A stretch of DNA of 26,344 bases from a virus (Duplodnaviria; Caudoviricetes), in the IMG/VR virus record IMGVR_UViG_3300033416_000028, positions 1 through 26,344 of that record, one strand, 5' to 3'. Position numbers and translations under genes: made by a program. The notes beneath the pieces were generated by a model. That model did not search any database, had not been told where the DNA came from, and was given only the letters and a program-made list of their open reading frames with translations. This document shows positions 16,156-25,269 of this stretch, piece after piece. Each line of letters starts with the position of its first letter. The first letter of the stretch is position 1.

Positions 16156-17627
16156 CATTCGGTGTCACCCCAGAGGGGTTTTCCAAAAAGACCCTGGACG
16201 ATATCCTGGCAGAGATTGAGGCCGATGAGCGTGCGATCCTCAGCCCTACCTTGAACGTCCTAGCCTCATCGGTTTTCGGGCAATTCAATGGCATCTTTGC
16301 GGACAAGCTCCGTGAGATGTGGGATCTGGCAGAGGCTGTGTATAGGTCCCAGTATCCTGACAGCGCAAACGGGGAGGCCCTGGATCAGGTGGCATCGATC
16401 ACGGGCTGCACGCGCCTCCCTGCAACGCACAGCCTTGTCACCCTCGATCGCCTCTACCTGGACGCTGGAACCACGATCCCAGCTGGTAGCATTGTCAGCG
16501 TTGGCAACCTCGGTGCGCGGTTTCAGATCACGGAAACCGTGGCCAACGCAGGGAGCGCTCCAGCCACGTTCTCAGCCCTGGCAGAGTCCGAGGATTTCGG
16601 TGTCATCCAGGGTGTCTCCACCACCATTGACACCATCGTGACCCCCATCGCAGGCTGGAGGGCTGCGGCTGCGCTCACGTCAGGGAACGCTGAGCCATAC
16701 GCACTGAGCGATGGGGACACCCTCCAGATCCAGATCGATGGTGGCATCCTCCAGACGATCACGTTTCTGACTGGTGACTTTGTAGACATCAGCAACGCCA
16801 CAGCAACAGAGGTGGCAGCCGTCATTCAGGCCAACCTTGATGACGGCACCGCGATCGATGCTGCGGGGAGCGTGCGCGTGTCCTCCGATCTGGAGGGCAC
16901 AGGCTCATCCGTCCAGATCATCGGAGGAAGTGGAAACGCTGCCCTGGGGTTTGTGACCGATCTGATCAAAGGGTTCAATTCCCTGGACGCTGTGGTGGGC
17001 AGGGAAATCGAAACTGACGCTGACTTTCGGATCAGGCGGATCGAGCTGTTGCGCGTCACAGGCGCAGGAACAATGGAGGCCATACGCGCGCGTGTGCGTG
17101 AGGTGGATGATGTAATCCAGGCTTTCATCTTTGAAAATGTCACCATGGTGACGGACATAAACGGACTGCCTCCCAAGTCATTTGAGGTGGTGGTTTCCGG
17201 GGGTGACGATCAGGAAATTGCTGACGTGATCTGGCTGTGCAAACCAGCTGGGATCGAGACATTCGGATCAACCTCCATGAGCGTTCTGGACTCCATGGGA
17301 TTTCTGCACACCGTGAATTTCTCCAGGCCCACGGAGGTGCCGATCTGGATAGAATTGACGGTAACAAAAAACCCTGTCACCTTCCCCATAGATGGGGAGG
17401 CCCAGATCAAGGCAGCGCTCAAGGCTTATGGTGACGCGCTCCAGATCGGTGATGACGTGATCGCTCTGCAATTCAAGTGCGTTCCATTGTCCGTGGGAGG
17501 TGTGGTGGATGTCACGATTTTCAAAATAGACACCATCAATCCACCAGTGAACACTGGAAACATCAGCGTGCTGTTCCGAGATCTCGCAACCTTTGACACG
17601 TCACGGATCACCGTGACAGTGGTGTGA
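16152..17627 (+). CDS. Baseplate J/gp47-like wedge protein with an inserted domain
   Basis: FGVTPEGF, PDSANGEALD, GREIETDADFRIR, GLPPKSFEVVV.GG, KPAGIETFG, FSRPTEV. Confidence 0.88.
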   Translation: MTFGVTPEGFSKKTLDDILAEIEADERAILSPTLNVLASSVFGQFNGIFADKLREMWDLAEAVYRSQYPDSANGEALDQVASITGCTRLPATHSLVTLDRLYLDAGTTIPAGSIVSVGNLGARFQITETVANAGSAPATFSALAESEDFGVIQGVSTTIDTIVTPIAGWRAAAALTSGNAEPYALSDGDTLQIQIDGGILQTITFLTGDFVDISNATATEVAAVIQANLDDGTAIDAAGSVRVSSDLEGTGSSVQIIGGSGNAALGFVTDLIKGFNSLDAVVGREIETDADFRIRRIELLRVTGAGTMEAIRARVREVDDVIQAFIFENVTMVTDINGLPPKSFEVVVSGGDDQEIADVIWLCKPAGIETFGSTSMSVLDSMGFLHTVNFSRPTEVPIWIELTVTKNPVTFPIDGEAQIKAALKAYGDALQIGDDVIALQFKCVPLSVGGVVDVTIFKIDTINPPVNTGNISVLFRDLATFDTSRITVTVV

Positions 17628-17631
17628 TCCC

Positions 17632-18186
17632 ATGGGTATTGTCTACAAGGACGCGCACTCCACCGAGGCCCTGGCCAGGCTGATATCTCAATTCAAGGGC
17701 AAGCCAAACCTGGAGGCCATCCTCAGCGTGGTGATCAAACAGGTGCAGGACCTTGAGAACGTCAGCTTTGAACTTCTCACCGAGCGATTCATTGACGTGG
17801 CAGAGGGTGCACAGGTTGACGGGTTTGGAGCGATCGTGGGTGAGGCCCGTGAGGGCAGAGGGGATCCTGAGTACAAAACTGCAATCAAGGCCAGGATGCA
17901 ATTGAACCTAGGGAACGGCACCCCTGAGGATATCATCCAGCTCATCCGTGGCATCGCTGGTGACGTGCGTGTGCGCATCTATGACTTTTACCCTGCGGCA
18001 TTCATGGCTGAGATTGTGGATCCGCTCGATCCAGCCATCGTGGATCCGTCACGGATCCTGGGCATTGTCCAGGCAGGCAAGCCAGCTGGGGTGTGGTGCA
18101 TTGTTGCCTTTGGCGTCATTGGTTCATTCCGCTTTGACGCTGGCCCTGGATTTGACATTGGCAAATATGGAGGAGCACTAGGATGA
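17632..18186 (+). CDS. Baseplate wedge protein (DUF2612/gpI-like)
   Basis: LISQFKGKPNL, IDVAEGAQVD..G.IVG..R, KPAGV motifs; follows baseplate J. Confidence 0.8.
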   Translation: MGIVYKDAHSTEALARLISQFKGKPNLEAILSVVIKQVQDLENVSFELLTERFIDVAEGAQVDGFGAIVGEAREGRGDPEYKTAIKARMQLNLGNGTPEDIIQLIRGIAGDVRVRIYDFYPAAFMAEIVDPLDPAIVDPSRILGIVQAGKPAGVWCIVAFGVIGSFRFDAGPGFDIGKYGGALG

Positions 18187-20213
18187 CGGCCACCTATACC
18201 AAACCGGCAAAGACCCCCCGATGGGCTGACACCTCCAGCAACATCCTTGAGCCACCCGAGGCCAAGAAGGATGAGGGCTGGCTGTTCGAGGAAATCCCCC
18301 CCAGCTCGTTTGAGAACTGGAGGACAAACCTGGCAGGATCTTGGGTCAAGTGGATTGATGAGCGCCTGTTTGACGGGGCCAGCAAGGATCAGCTCCTCAT
18401 CAAGTCACCAGGCAGCGCAGTCAACGCGCTCCTCATCACGGACACCTATGTCAAGTCACACCTGGATTTCAGGGTGGAAGGTGATGATCTGGGCATGGAG
18501 GTGGACGGCACCAGCTCAAGGCGCATCTACTTTGACGCGGCAAAACAGAACTGGCTGGGATACAACCTGGGCGCCTCCAGAGTGGAGCTGTACGCAGGGG
18601 GTGCCTTGGCCCTCTGGGCTGATGCCACGCAGTGTTTTATCAATGGGGACATTGTGCTGGGTGACGATCTGAGCGTGCCAGGTGGCTTGTCCGTTGGGAT
18701 CGCAACCCCCACCATCGTGGATGACGTGATCCAGCTGGGTGACGCGGATCTCAGATGGGAATTGAACGCGGGCAGTCCACAATTTGTTTTCGATCACTTT
18801 GGTGGGACAATCGATGCACTCAGGTTTGATAGAGTCAACAGCCGTTTCTCATGGCTGATCGCCAACACGGAGGAGGCGCGCTTATCGGCCTCTGGCCTGG
18901 CCATCGCAAACGGCCTCTATGTCGGAGATGTCGCTGGCACCCTAACCGATAACGTGATCGTGGCTGAGGGATCGGGTGGATTTGGTGGATCCCTGAGAGT
19001 AGGGTTTGCAGGAGCTTCCATCCTTTCAGGCGTTTTGGAAATCGGAGATACACAATTCTACCTCCGACAACAAAGCGGGAACCCAAGTATCACTTTTGAT
19101 TCTAACGATGGTTTCAATTTCGATCGAACCCAGAACAGATTAGCGCTCAATGTAAATGTGGGTGTCAGAGTTTGGATGGGTGAGTCTGGCATGACGGTTT
19201 TGAACGGCCTCTATGTTGGCGGGGCTGGCTGGCCAGTCACGGATGACAGGATCACCTGCGAGGGTGACGGGGTTTTTTGGGGTGGCCTGCGTGTTGGCTT
19301 CTCTGGATCTCCCACGGCTGACAGAATAGAGCTGGGTGACCCAAACATGTTTTTGCAGTTTGCAGCCGATGTGTGTGAATTTGACTTTGCAGCTGGCAGC
19401 TCGTTTTCTTTCAGCCGGATAAATTCGCGCTATGCCTGGCTCATCGGCACCACCGAAAAAATGAGGCTGTCCACCTACGGACTGTCAATCGGAAACGGCC
19501 TCTATGTAGGGGATGCCACGGTGCAGCCTTCCGACAATGAGGTATATGCGGAGGGCTATGTCAAGGCCATGGGTGGCAGGCTATACCTTGGCGCAAATGA
19601 TTATCTGAGCTGGGATGAAACCAATCTCCAAACGATCCTCAATGGCGTGGAACAGTCCAGGCTGTCATCCATCGGACTTGCCATTGCCGCAGGGTTGTAC
19701 GTCGGATCAGCGTCTGGCACTCCTCCTAACAGCGATTCGATCTATGCTGAGGGAAACGTGCAATGTGGCTCCATGCTGTACGGTGCAACCTTAGGAGCTG
19801 CGGGAACTCCGATCGGGAGTGGTTACCAGACCAACGCCTACGTGACCCATCTTTACCAAGTCAATCACGCAAATTCCATAATCGAAGTCCACAATCACCT
19901 TGTCCCCACCACGTCCAATGATTTCAGCCTGGGAAGCGATGCCCTTCTAAAATATTGGAGCGCGATCTATGCAATCTCAGGGAAATTTTTTGCCGTCCAG
20001 ATTGGCAGTGGGATCCCATTGGGTGCCTCTGCCGGATATCTAAAATATTCGGGATACACCGTGGATAAAACCGGAACCAATTATCCAGGGGTGATCGAGT
20101 CAGACATTTGGTATACCTTCACTGTGGTGAAGTGGATCAAGGTTTGCCTTGCTGCGTATGAAATGGCAATCCCATGCTTCGATTGGGGAGAGGCAACCTA
20201 CGTTTCCCCGTGA
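18183..20213 (+). CDS. Tail fibre protein with internal ~97-aa repeats
   Basis: N-terminal baseplate anchor (WA......EP...KK..GW...E.PP....NW), repeated FDR...RLS..GL.I.NGLYVG modules, and a C-terminal P..SNDFSLGS....W..IY fibre motif. Confidence 0.8.
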   Translation: MTATYTKPAKTPRWADTSSNILEPPEAKKDEGWLFEEIPPSSFENWRTNLAGSWVKWIDERLFDGASKDQLLIKSPGSAVNALLITDTYVKSHLDFRVEGDDLGMEVDGTSSRRIYFDAAKQNWLGYNLGASRVELYAGGALALWADATQCFINGDIVLGDDLSVPGGLSVGIATPTIVDDVIQLGDADLRWELNAGSPQFVFDHFGGTIDALRFDRVNSRFSWLIANTEEARLSASGLAIANGLYVGDVAGTLTDNVIVAEGSGGFGGSLRVGFAGASILSGVLEIGDTQFYLRQQSGNPSITFDSNDGFNFDRTQNRLALNVNVGVRVWMGESGMTVLNGLYVGGAGWPVTDDRITCEGDGVFWGGLRVGFSGSPTADRIELGDPNMFLQFAADVCEFDFAAGSSFSFSRINSRYAWLIGTTEKMRLSTYGLSIGNGLYVGDATVQPSDNEVYAEGYVKAMGGRLYLGANDYLSWDETNLQTILNGVEQSRLSSIGLAIAAGLYVGSASGTPPNSDSIYAEGNVQCGSMLYGATLGAAGTPIGSGYQTNAYVTHLYQVNHANSIIEVHNHLVPTTSNDFSLGSDALLKYWSAIYAISGKFFAVQIGSGIPLGASAGYLKYSGYTVDKTGTNYPGVIESDIWYTFTVVKWIKVCLAAYEMAIPCFDWGEATYVSP

Positions 20214-20252
20214 TAGGTTAGAACAGGAAAACACTAGACAGGAGGTTATAAC

Positions 20253-20453
20253 ATGGGAATCGGAGATGTTGCTGCGGGATTGGCGCTTGGTAAGAAGTAC
20301 AGGATCCCGCGCCTGGGGACAAGCTGGGTAGAGGTCAAGGAAATTGAGCCTGGAAAATCAATCGTGGCTCAAGTACAGGAGGGGGGAACCTTCCACAAGT
20401 TTGTTTGTCCTGGTGATGACATCATGAGAACGGACTGGGTGGAAGTAACCTAA
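20253..20453 (+). CDS. Small DUF2829/Tad2-like protein (candidate anti-defence sponge)
   Basis: 66 aa with an AGGAGG RBS. N-terminal MGIGDVAAGLALGKKYR and C-terminal PGDDIMRTDWVEV resemble the DUF2829 pattern M.F..A...L..GK...R ... P...D..A.DW..V. Confidence 0.55.
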   Translation: MGIGDVAAGLALGKKYRIPRLGTSWVEVKEIEPGKSIVAQVQEGGTFHKFVCPGDDIMRTDWVEVT

Positions 20454-20474
20454 TAACGCGATCGGAGGCCGAAA

Positions 20475-20867
20475 GTGAATCAGAAAGAAGGGAATGATTA
20501 TCTGTTTGACCTGATCCAGAATAAGGTCAAGCCTGGATCTGAAACGGAGGAAATGGCCCTTGCCAAATTCAAACAGTGCATTGAGACAGAGCGCGATCTG
20601 CGTGACCGTGTGAGCACTCTGAGCACTGAGCTGGACGCTGCAAAGGTGCGCCTCAATGGACTGGCTGGGGCAAGGGAAGCGCTCTCCCAGATCCTGGTGG
20701 AGGCAGAAGCCAAACGGAGATCCACGGTCAAGGATCTGCACGTTGTCAAGGAGGCCAAGGAGGCAAAGGATTCAACGGACATCAAAAAGGCTGTTGAGTC
20801 AGCCCTGGGAGTGAAGGTTGACTCAGCCGAGGTTGTCAACGCAAGACATAAAACCAAGGAGGGCTGA
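20475..20867 (+). CDS. Hypothetical coiled-coil protein
   Basis: GGAGG RBS, GTG start, heptad-like charged helix. Confidence 0.65.
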   Translation: MNQKEGNDYLFDLIQNKVKPGSETEEMALAKFKQCIETERDLRDRVSTLSTELDAAKVRLNGLAGAREALSQILVEAEAKRRSTVKDLHVVKEAKEAKDSTDIKKAVESALGVKVDSAEVVNARHKTKEG

Positions 20868-20868
20868 A

Positions 20869-21396
20869 ATGAAACGGACCCAGTATCTCCTGATCCTGTT
20901 GCTGTGCGCGCTGCCTGTTTTGGCGTGCGCAGCTGACAGCGCACTGACACCGCAGGACCCACCCCTGAGCCAGAGCGCCCAGGTGGCACTCACGATCCTG
21001 GGGATGCTGGGATCCGTGATCACTGCCTTGCTTGCATGGGTTGGCGTGCACGCTTCATCTTGGCTGAAAGCGAAAAGCAAAAATGAGACCGTTGGTGGTA
21101 TGCTGGCACGGACATCTGACATGTTGTTTGCGCTGATCCGTGAGGCCGAGCAAACAGCCGTTTATGAGCTAAGGAAGGCCAAGGATCCCCGCAGCCCAGG
21201 TGGAGCGGTGATCACGCAGTCAGAAGGGAAACAGATCAAGGAGGCTGTGATCACCAAGTTCAAGGAGCTGTGGGGGCCAAAGGGCCTGGAGGAGCTGGCC
21301 AAGGTTCTGGGCCTCACATCGGATGGGCTCACCAAGTATCTCAATGCCAAGGTGGAGGAGGCCTGCCTGGTGGAGAATTCCAGGAACCCTCCTTGA
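20869..21396 (+). CDS. Membrane protein, holin-like (signal-like N-terminus plus one TM helix)
   Basis: AGGAGG RBS then ATG at 20869. It has MKRTQYLLILLLCALPVLACA, a second hydrophobic helix VALTILGMLGSVITALLAWVGV, and an amphipathic C-terminus. Confidence 0.6.
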   Translation: MKRTQYLLILLLCALPVLACAADSALTPQDPPLSQSAQVALTILGMLGSVITALLAWVGVHASSWLKAKSKNETVGGMLARTSDMLFALIREAEQTAVYELRKAKDPRSPGGAVITQSEGKQIKEAVITKFKELWGPKGLEELAKVLGLTSDGLTKYLNAKVEEACLVENSRNPP

Positions 21397-21668
21397 CCCC
21401 CGCGTTGACGCCAAGCGCCTTGAGCGCGGGGATCGATCGAGCGTTGGCGCTCCCAGTCCCAAAGGCTGGAGGGAGTGCAGGAGTTCTTGACCTGGGCATA
21501 AAAGCTGGGCCAGAGTCAATGATAGGGTATCTGGAAATGGTGCATCGGTTCAAAGCTGAGCGCGTCAACCTGGCTGGGTTTGCCCAGGCCTGGGCTGGGG
21601 TGACGCGCACGGAGCTGGGCTGGGATCGTGACTTTGGAGCCATGGCTGGGCTGAGGGTGAGCTGGTGA
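21393..21668 (+). CDS. Hypothetical beta-strand-rich protein ending in Trp
   Basis: Fills the gap between its neighbours with TTGA and GTGA overlaps, with AGGA 7 nt before the TTG. The start is uncertain. Confidence 0.5.
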   Translation: MTPALTPSALSAGIDRALALPVPKAGGSAGVLDLGIKAGPESMIGYLEMVHRFKAERVNLAGFAQAWAGVTRTELGWDRDFGAMAGLRVSW

Positions 21669-21982
21669 ACTCTGACACCTCATTGATGGTGAACTTGGTG
21701 GGCAACCTTGGCGCGCTAGGGTTTATCTTTTGGCTGGTGTGGCGCACGTTCAATCACACGATCCCGCGCCTGGCTGAGTCCTTTGAAAAAGGGATCTCAG
21801 AACAGAGGCAGGATCACCGTGCAGAGCTTGACCGTGCACGGGCAGAATACTTGCAGGCCCTGGCCACCCAGCGCAAGGAGTTCACCGATCAGCTGGAGCG
21901 TGAGCGCGCGTTCCACAGTGAGCACGGTGCAGCGCTGAGCGCTGCCATCAAGGAGCTGGCCCTGGAGCTGCGCCATGAGTGA
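21665..21982 (+). CDS. Holin-like protein (one TM helix plus coiled coil, BhlA/UviB-like architecture)
   Basis: LVGNLGALGFIFWLVW followed by a charged coiled coil. Confidence 0.55.
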   Translation: MNSDTSLMVNLVGNLGALGFIFWLVWRTFNHTIPRLAESFEKGISEQRQDHRAELDRARAEYLQALATQRKEFTDQLERERAFHSEHGAALSAAIKELALELRHE

Positions 21983-22349
21983 TCAGACCCTCGGACTCAT
22001 CGCCTTGTCCGTGGCAGCGCTGGCTGTGCTGTCATTGGATTTGGCCGTGATCAACGATCGAGTGAACCGCAGGATCAATGAGCCACGCACGATCCGTGCT
22101 CTGGCCTTGCGTGTCGGACGGCTGGCCTCAGCAACACCGATGATGATCGGGGTTGTCCTGGGTTCCCTGGTTTTCGACTCCCGATCCTGGATGGATAACG
22201 CGCTCTATGGATTCTTTCTGGTGGGCATCATCATCACCATGTGCCTTATTCACGGGCTGGCTGTCAGGAGATTCATGTTTCCATCTTGGTTTGCGTTGGT
22301 GTATATCGGAATAGGTTTGCTGTTCGGTTCTATCCATTGGCCAAAATAA
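21975..22349 (+). CDS. Hypothetical multi-pass membrane protein
   Basis: About four hydrophobic segments in 124 aa, within the membrane-gene cluster. Confidence 0.6.
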   Translation: MSDQTLGLIALSVAALAVLSLDLAVINDRVNRRINEPRTIRALALRVGRLASATPMMIGVVLGSLVFDSRSWMDNALYGFFLVGIIITMCLIHGLAVRRFMFPSWFALVYIGIGLLFGSIHWPK

Positions 22350-22362
22350 CACGGAGGATGCC

Positions 22363-22767
22363 ATGAGCTTTGGAGACTATCTGGAGAATGAGCTGTTGGA
22401 TCACGTTTGGGGAAACAGCGCCTACAGCGCGCCTGGGACGCTGTACGTGGGCCTGAGCACCACAGCCCCCACCGATGCTGGGGGCAACATCACCGAGCCG
22501 TCAGGGGCCAATGGATACGCAAGGGTGCCCGTGACAAACAACCTGACAAACTGGCCAGCCGCAGTGGGAGGCGCCAAGTCCAACGGGTTGGCGATCACCT
22601 TCCCCACGGCCACGGGTGGCTGGGGCACCGTGGGCTATTTCATCATCATGGATCTCGCCTCTGGCGGAAACATGATCGGGTATGGCTCCCTCACCAATCC
22701 CAAGACGATCGATTCTGGGGACACCGCGTCCTTTGCCATCGGGGATCTGGACATCACCCTGGATTGA
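22363..22767 (+). CDS. Small virion structural/fibre-associated protein
   Basis: YLENELLDH...Y.AP.TLYVGL.T.AP.D.G....E.SG..GYAR, ITFPTATGGWGTV, GDLDITLD is a pattern familiar from phage fibre modules; GGAGG RBS. Confidence 0.75.
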   Translation: MSFGDYLENELLDHVWGNSAYSAPGTLYVGLSTTAPTDAGGNITEPSGANGYARVPVTNNLTNWPAAVGGAKSNGLAITFPTATGGWGTVGYFIIMDLASGGNMIGYGSLTNPKTIDSGDTASFAIGDLDITLD

Positions 22768-22779
22768 TAGGAGGCTGCC

Positions 22780-23280
22780 ATGGCCCAGGGCCACACCCTG
22801 CTGATCTGGACGGCTGAGGCTGCACGGCCTCCAGCGTCCAATTTCGCCACGTTCGATCAGCGCAACGCTCACAACGTCCTGGACTTCGATGAGGCCACGG
22901 CTGAAACGTCTTTCTTTGGGAGCGTGCTCCCCAGGAGCTATGACGGAAACGGGATCGTGGCCACGATCATCTGGATGGCCACCTCAGCCACCACTGGAAA
23001 CGTCAGGTGGGAGATGGCCTTTGAACGGCACCAGGATGAGGTGGACGATCTGGACGCTGACAGCTTTGCCACAGCCAAGGGGGCCACGGGCAGCGCACCC
23101 ACCATCAATGGGTCCGTGCAGTATACTGAGATCTCATTCTCAAATTCCGAGCTTGACGGACTCCTCAAGGGTGAATCCTTCCGAGCGCTGGTGAGGCGCG
23201 CTGCGGCTGATGTGGCCGATACCATGACAGGTGACGCTGAGCTTCTCAGAGTGGAGCTGAGGGAGGCCCTGGCTCCTTAG
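22780..23280 (+). CDS. Hypothetical beta-sandwich virion protein
   Basis: AGGAGG RBS, beta-strand-rich composition, inside the fibre module. Confidence 0.65.
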   Translation: MAQGHTLLIWTAEAARPPASNFATFDQRNAHNVLDFDEATAETSFFGSVLPRSYDGNGIVATIIWMATSATTGNVRWEMAFERHQDEVDDLDADSFATAKGATGSAPTINGSVQYTEISFSNSELDGLLKGESFRALVRRAAADVADTMTGDAELLRVELREALAP

Positions 23281-23289
23281 GGGTGACCC

Positions 23290-25269
23290 GTGGCGAGGAT
23301 ATTTACCAACGCAGCCCAGCAATATCTGGCAGCTCCCAGCTCCACCGTCTTGAATTTGGGCACGGGTGATTTCACCGTGGCTGCCTGGGTTCTGCGCCCA
23401 GCCGTTGGACAGAATGACACCATCATCACGGGAAAAAGAAACTGGGATAATGGTACGGGCTGGGAGCTGAAAATCAGGGATGCTGGGAACCGCACGGTAA
23501 GATGGGATGTGCAAGGAACGCTTTCAGCTAGGCAGCGCGCTGAGGGTGCCATCCCTAACCTCAATGATGGAAACTGGCATCTCCTGATCGGACGGCGATC
23601 CGCAGCTGCCTTTGTGGACCTCTGGGCTGATAATGCCCTGATCAACACCAACAGCAACCCCACCTCAGGGAGCGTTGACAACGCTCTCAACTTCCACATC
23701 TCAGGGTCACCTGACACGCTTGTCCGATGCTTTGACGGCTGGATCGCGGAGGTGTCGATTTTCAGGCGCCTCCTGTCAACAGCCGAAATGACAGAGCTGT
23801 ATCTGCGCTTTTCCGCCTATTTCAAAAGGCCCTCCGTGTGGTTCCCCCTCATTGGGCGCTATTCGCCCGAGCTTGATCTGTTCGGTGGATCCCTGGCCAC
23901 CCTTTACAATGCCCCCACCACTGGTGCACACCTGCGCATCAGAGCCCCAACGATCGGGCAAGCTCCCTTTGCTGGGGAACAGCAAGCGCTCCAGGGCAGC
24001 ATCGATGCAACGTCAACCCTCAGCGCGATCCTGGCAGGGAGCGTGCCAATCAGTGGAACGCTCACAGCTCAGAGCACCACGGCTGTCTACCTGTCACGCG
24101 ATCGTGGGATCGCTGGGTCCTCCCAGGGCACAGCCACCCTTGACGCTGCGCTGGGCGCCTCTGTACCCATCAGCGCATCCTGCGATGGGGCGGGGCAGCT
24201 CCAGTGTTACCTTGAGCGGGATCGTGGCTTCACGTCCAGCTGCGCAGCCATGTCCAGCCTGTCAGCCTACCTCTCTGCCTGGGTTCCCTTGGCTGGGGAC
24301 TGCCCAGCGCTCTCCGATCTGAATTGCTACCTGAGGCGCGATCGTGGCTTCTGGGCCTCGGTGGACGGGCAGGCTGCGCTCCAGGGATACCTGATCGCTG
24401 ATGTGCCTATCGCTGGATCCCTCCACGGGCTGGGCCAGCTGGACGGTTACCCGAGCGCGCAATGGGCAATCGCTGGGATGCTGCACGGGGATGGGTCCGT
24501 GTTCTGTTTCCTCCGCGCCTCTGTTCCCATCAAGGCCGTTTGCGCTGGGGCTGGAGTCCTCCAGGGCAGGTTGGTCTCAGGCTCTGACATGGCAAGCTCC
24601 CTGCGCGCGGAGGCCATCCTCACAGGAGCGCTCAGTGCCAGCCTACCCATCGCGGGATCGTGCGATGCCACAGCCATCCTCCAGGCTGTCATCACGCGGA
24701 TCCGTCAGGTGAGCGGATCCCTGGATGGCCAGGGTGACCTCACCGCACAGTGGATTTTCAGGCGCTCCCTCCGTGGACTTATTACAGGCCAGTCCGACGT
24801 GGACGGGCTGCTGTCCATCGCAGCCGCGCTCAATGGCTACATCGGATCCATGTCCTGGCTGTCTGGTAAGACAACATCACAGCTTGCCCTCAAGGCCAGC
24901 TGGGGTGGAGTCAGCTCCCTGAGCGCACGGCTGATGAGGGCCACACCGCTGAGCGGATCGCTGCCTTCCACTTCCGAGCTGGAGGCATTCATCAGGAGGC
25001 GTTACCAGATCGCTGGGCAGCTCCCCGGGCAAGGTGAAATCATCGGCACGCTGGGGGCAATCGTGCCAGTGCTGGGCAGCATCCATGGGGACTCAGCGCT
25101 GGATGCCCTGGCCCACTATGCCTGGACGCTGCGGGGATCAATGGTGGGTGCTGGCTACCTGCGCGGGATGCTACTCATCCCAGGCGAAATTGACACCACC
25201 TCCGTGGGTGGACGGATCCACTTCCTGGGGAACGGTGTGGGTGGGTGGATCAGGAGGATCGGGAGATGA
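23290..25269 (+). CDS. LamG/concanavalin-A-like domain protein with ~20 tandem 20-aa repeats
   Basis: DFTVAAWV, NDGNWHLL, LWAD, FDGWIAEVSIFRR.LS..E are LamG-like, followed by the periodic region 23986-25185. Confidence 0.8.
   Translation: MARIFTNAAQQYLAAPSSTVLNLGTGDFTVAAWVLRPAVGQNDTIITGKRNWDNGTGWELKIRDAGNRTVRWDVQGTLSARQRAEGAIPNLNDGNWHLLIGRRSAAAFVDLWADNALINTNSNPTSGSVDNALNFHISGSPDTLVRCFDGWIAEVSIFRRLLSTAEMTELYLRFSAYFKRPSVWFPLIGRYSPELDLFGGSLATLYNAPTTGAHLRIRAPTIGQAPFAGEQQALQGSIDATSTLSAILAGSVPISGTLTAQSTTAVYLSRDRGIAGSSQGTATLDAALGASVPISASCDGAGQLQCYLERDRGFTSSCAAMSSLSAYLSAWVPLAGDCPALSDLNCYLRRDRGFWASVDGQAALQGYLIADVPIAGSLHGLGQLDGYPSAQWAIAGMLHGDGSVFCFLRASVPIKAVCAGAGVLQGRLVSGSDMASSLRAEAILTGALSASLPIAGSCDATAILQAVITRIRQVSGSLDGQGDLTAQWIFRRSLRGLITGQSDVDGLLSIAAALNGYIGSMSWLSGKTTSQLALKASWGGVSSLSARLMRATPLSGSLPSTSELEAFIRRRYQIAGQLPGQGEIIGTLGAIVPVLGSIHGDSALDALAHYAWTLRGSMVGAGYLRGMLLIPGEIDTTSVGGRIHFLGNGVGGWIRRIGR
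23986..25185 (+). repeat. 60-nt (20-aa) period degenerate repeat array
   Basis: Consensus about P-h-x-G-S-h-x-G-x-x-x-L-x-x-x-L. YL.RDRG recurs with RDRG at 24097, 24217 and 24337 (120-nt spacing). Confidence 0.8.

Noticed and set aside
8818-18186. Tailocin or extracellular contractile injection system
   Set aside because: Capsid, scaffold, protease and head-tail joining genes are present, so this is a phage-type virion module.
20869-20931. Lipoprotein (o-spanin) signal at VLAC
   Set aside because: It is a poor lipobox match and is followed by another TM helix, so it was not called as a spanin.
23986-25185. Periodic sequence as a CRISPR array or DGR repeat
   Set aside because: The periodicity is at protein level with degenerate DNA. 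There are no identical repeats with unique spacers, and no cas or reverse transcriptase gene in the window.
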